A stretch of 64,000 nucleotides of DNA from Obrimoposthia wandeli (lineage: Eukaryota): assembly GCA_977020255.1 (NCBI GenBank), contig CDROCS010002866.1:310001-374000 (forward strand). The letters run 5' to 3'. The notes under the pieces are model-generated. The model did no database searches. It saw nothing but the letters and a program-made list of their open reading frames with translations, and was not told where the DNA came from. This document shows positions 61,624 through 64,000 of this stretch, piece by piece; within the stretch, counting starts at the first letter, position 1, and every line of letters starts with the position of its first letter. A program made the position numbers and the translations under genes.

Positions 61624-61864
61624 TCGCTAGCGATTTAAATAGCTTATTTAAAAGAGGTTGATTTAAATAGCCACTTAAGCTATTTAAATCAACCCCCTTA
61701 TTCTTATGCTTAATATGCCCTCTTTTTTGCGCCGCTTTTCTATCCAAATGGCACTGAGCTTTATTAAAAGTTTTAGCAAACTTAGCTACTATATTACGCC
61801 TTTTAACTAAGGGCGCTGATGCAGTAGATGAATGGGTATTTTTAATTTGTTTAGCTTTACGCAT
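61607..61864 (-). CDS. Small basic hypothetical protein
   Basis: RNIVAKFAKTFNKAQCHLDRKAAQKRGHIKHK motif; RBS GGAG upstream; C-terminus runs through a hairpin. Confidence 0.6.
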   Translation of the reverse strand: MRKAKQIKNTHSSTASAPLVKRRNIVAKFAKTFNKAQCHLDRKAAQKRGHIKHKNKGVDLNSLSGYLNQPLLNKLFKSLAKNTLF

Positions 61865-61996
61865 GGTATCTCCATGTTAATTTAGTCTAGAAGCCTGTAG
61901 GGCTCATCATTAATCTACTATGAAAAATCAGAATATGATTAACAAATGCAGCTTAAATGATTAGGCTTTATAAATATAGGCCCGCAACCAGCATTA

Positions 61997-62659
61997 CTAA
62001 ATATTGAAGAGATCTTCAGCCTTTAACAATTGTAAGGATGGGGTTATTTGATAAGCGATATCTCTTACAATAGCGCTAGTCGGGACAAGATCGGGGATTT
62101 GAACAACTGAAATGGCTGCTGCGTGAGCCGCAAGCACTCCATTTTCGGAGTCTTCAAAAGCAATACACTCATGCAATTCTAATCTATGCTTTTGAGCGGC
62201 CTTTAAGTAGATCTCTGGATGCGGCTTGCTTTTCAACACTTGATCCCCGCCAATCACAAAATCAAAGTAACCCAGTAAACCAGCGTTTGTTAATTTAACT
62301 TTTGCATTGTTATAAGCCGTTGACGTTGCCACCCCCATTGGCACCCCTAAAGCAGCAAGCGCTTGTAAAAATGTTTCCGCTCCCAATTTGAGTGGTACAG
62401 GTTGATTGAACGCTCTATCAGCATATAAAGCATCCCAGCGCTTACAAATTTCTGTGTAGGGCATATTGCTGTGACCATCGATTAACAACTGTTTTGTTCG
62501 CTGTTTGTTAGAACCTATGCAACTAAGATATACCGCTTTATCTGCAACAAATCCGACATCATCGCAAGCTGTTAAGAAGCACTGCATGCAAATTTTCTCA
62601 GAATCTAGTAACAAACCATCCATATCAAAAATCGCCGCTTTAAAGAGCATTATATCCAA
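61997..62659 (-). CDS. HAD-superfamily phosphatase (beta-PGM/CbbY-like)
   Basis: FDMDGLLLDSE, ATST, KSKPHPEIY, FEDSENG. Confidence 0.92.
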   Translation of the reverse strand: MDIMLFKAAIFDMDGLLLDSEKICMQCFLTACDDVGFVADKAVYLSCIGSNKQRTKQLLIDGHSNMPYTEICKRWDALYADRAFNQPVPLKLGAETFLQALAALGVPMGVATSTAYNNAKVKLTNAGLLGYFDFVIGGDQVLKSKPHPEIYLKAAQKHRLELHECIAFEDSENGVLAAHAAAISVVQIPDLVPTSAIVRDIAYQITPSLQLLKAEDLFNI

Positions 62660-62745
62660 CCTTTATAATGGGAATTTACAAAATACCATGCTTCATAAAT
62701 AGCAGATAACAAAAAACAAGAACAATCAATAACACAACAAAAAAT

Positions 62746-64000
62746 TTAGGTACCGCAAAAAGTTGTGTAACTGCCAAACCCTTTAGGTGCTGGTTCGCTG
62801 TAAGCTACCCGCTCTGCTTTCTCATCAAACGGTTGTTGAAGTGCCGCTAATAACTGTTTAAACGGTGCAAAGTTATTTTCACGTTCTGCCGCTTGTAAAG
62901 CTTCTTCAACTTTGTGATTACGAGCAATATAGATAGGATTAGTTTGCTGCATCTGAGTAACTATATCCGCAACTGACTGCCCTTCAACTATCAAGCGCTG
63001 AACCCAACGAACATGCCATTCTTGAAGAGATTGCATCGCTTTTGTCTTACCCTTTATAGCGAGCACTTTAAAGCAGTTTGTTAAATCAGTTTGTATAACG
63101 CCAACTTCACAACGACTAATAGTGTCAGCTAATGAACGGAACAGTTGGGTAAAATCCAACTTGTACTTAGCCATGATAGCGAGTAAATCATTAACTAATG
63201 CCTGATTTAAATCATCAGAGCTAATCAAAGCCAATTTTTGGTACATCCCTTTTAACCAATACGCTTGAAATTTTTCGTCAAACTTTTCAACCACTCCAGT
63301 TGCCATCTCTACCGCTTTATCTTCGCTTTCGTCTAGTAAAGGTAACAGTGTTTCTGCAAAGCGTGCCAAATTCCATTTTCCGATACTCGGCTGATTGGCA
63401 TATGCATAGCGCCCTTGCGTATCAATAGAGCTAAATACTTGGCTAGGGTTATATGCATCTAAAAAAGCACAGGGGCCATAGTCGATAGTTTCGCCACATA
63501 TAGTACTGTTGTCGGTGTTCATAACCCCGTGAACAAAACCAATGTTCATCCATTTAGCAATTAATGATGCTTGTTGATCTGCAACCTTTTCAATTAAAGC
63601 AAGATAAGGCTGTGTGTGAGCTTGCAGTGCTGGATAATGGCGCGCAATACTATAATCCGCTAACGTTTTTACCTTTTCGGTTTGACCGCGCGCTGCACAA
63701 TACTGAAAAGTGCCCACACGAATATGACTAGTCGCCACTCTGGCAAGCACTGCGCCTGGCAGTGCTTTATCACGCATTACTTTTTCGCCGGTAATAGTCG
63801 CCGCTAACGCTCTGGTAGTAGGTACGTGAAGATGATGCATTGCCTCTGCTAACAAATACTCTCGCAGCACTGGTGCTAGTGCTGCTTTGCCATCTCCACC
63901 GCGCGAAAAAATGGTGCGCCCTGAACCTTTCAGATGAATATCACAGCGCTGTCCTGCCCTATTTAAAACCTCACCTAATAGTAATGCTCGCCCATCACCT
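62746..64000 (-). CDS. selO: Protein adenylyltransferase SelO (5' end beyond window)
   Basis: GDGRALLLGE, LKGSG.T.FSRGGDGKA, GFVHGVMNTDN, IDYGPCAF. Confidence 0.95.
   Translation of the reverse strand, partial: GDGRALLLGEVLNRAGQRCDIHLKGSGRTIFSRGGDGKAALAPVLREYLLAEAMHHLHVPTTRALAATITGEKVMRDKALPGAVLARVATSHIRVGTFQYCAARGQTEKVKTLADYSIARHYPALQAHTQPYLALIEKVADQQASLIAKWMNIGFVHGVMNTDNSTICGETIDYGPCAFLDAYNPSQVFSSIDTQGRYAYANQPSIGKWNLARFAETLLPLLDESEDKAVEMATGVVEKFDEKFQAYWLKGMYQKLALISSDDLNQALVNDLLAIMAKYKLDFTQLFRSLADTISRCEVGVIQTDLTNCFKVLAIKGKTKAMQSLQEWHVRWVQRLIVEGQSVADIVTQMQQTNPIYIARNHKVEEALQAAERENNFAPFKQLLAALQQPFDEKAERVAYSEPAPKGFGSYTTFCGT

Overview
AT-rich gammaproteobacterial chromosomal window. Gene order (nadB/rpoE-rseA-rseC-mucD-lepA-lepB-rnc-era-recO-acpS-cysM-relA-mazG) looks Pseudomonadales/Oceanospirillales-like; the taxon is inferred. 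Three zones. (1) 1-5.4 kb: nested, mostly decayed insertion sequences: three IS1595-family elements (one intact with an 8-bp target duplication), a degraded IS66 and the right end of an IS1111-type IS110. (2) 5.6-52.8 kb: core and metabolic genes (ltaE-like, XRE/BenE pair, hinT, rlmB-hemH-adk, mazG-relA-cysM, the rnc operon, sigmaE locus, nadB, cls, sdhE, selU-selD, glpD, an ETF/acyl-CoA dehydrogenase/thiolase cluster, SulP, dinB with a LexA box). (3) 53.3-61.6 kb: an eroding array of integron-type cassettes with about 11 attC-like sites and no integrase in the window, followed by a HAD phosphatase and a truncated selO. Most notable: two short ORF-less group IIC-like intron derivatives inserted antisense at the TTGT|T position of attC sites; an RseA anti-sigma factor apparently fused to an RseB C-terminal domain with no separate rseB; a CATT...AATG MITE family with 9-bp target duplications, including a 39-bp mini-copy; and a perfect LexA-box-like palindrome over the IS1595 transposase promoter. 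No tRNA, rRNA or CRISPR array was recognised. Protein family calls come from motif recognition, not database searches.
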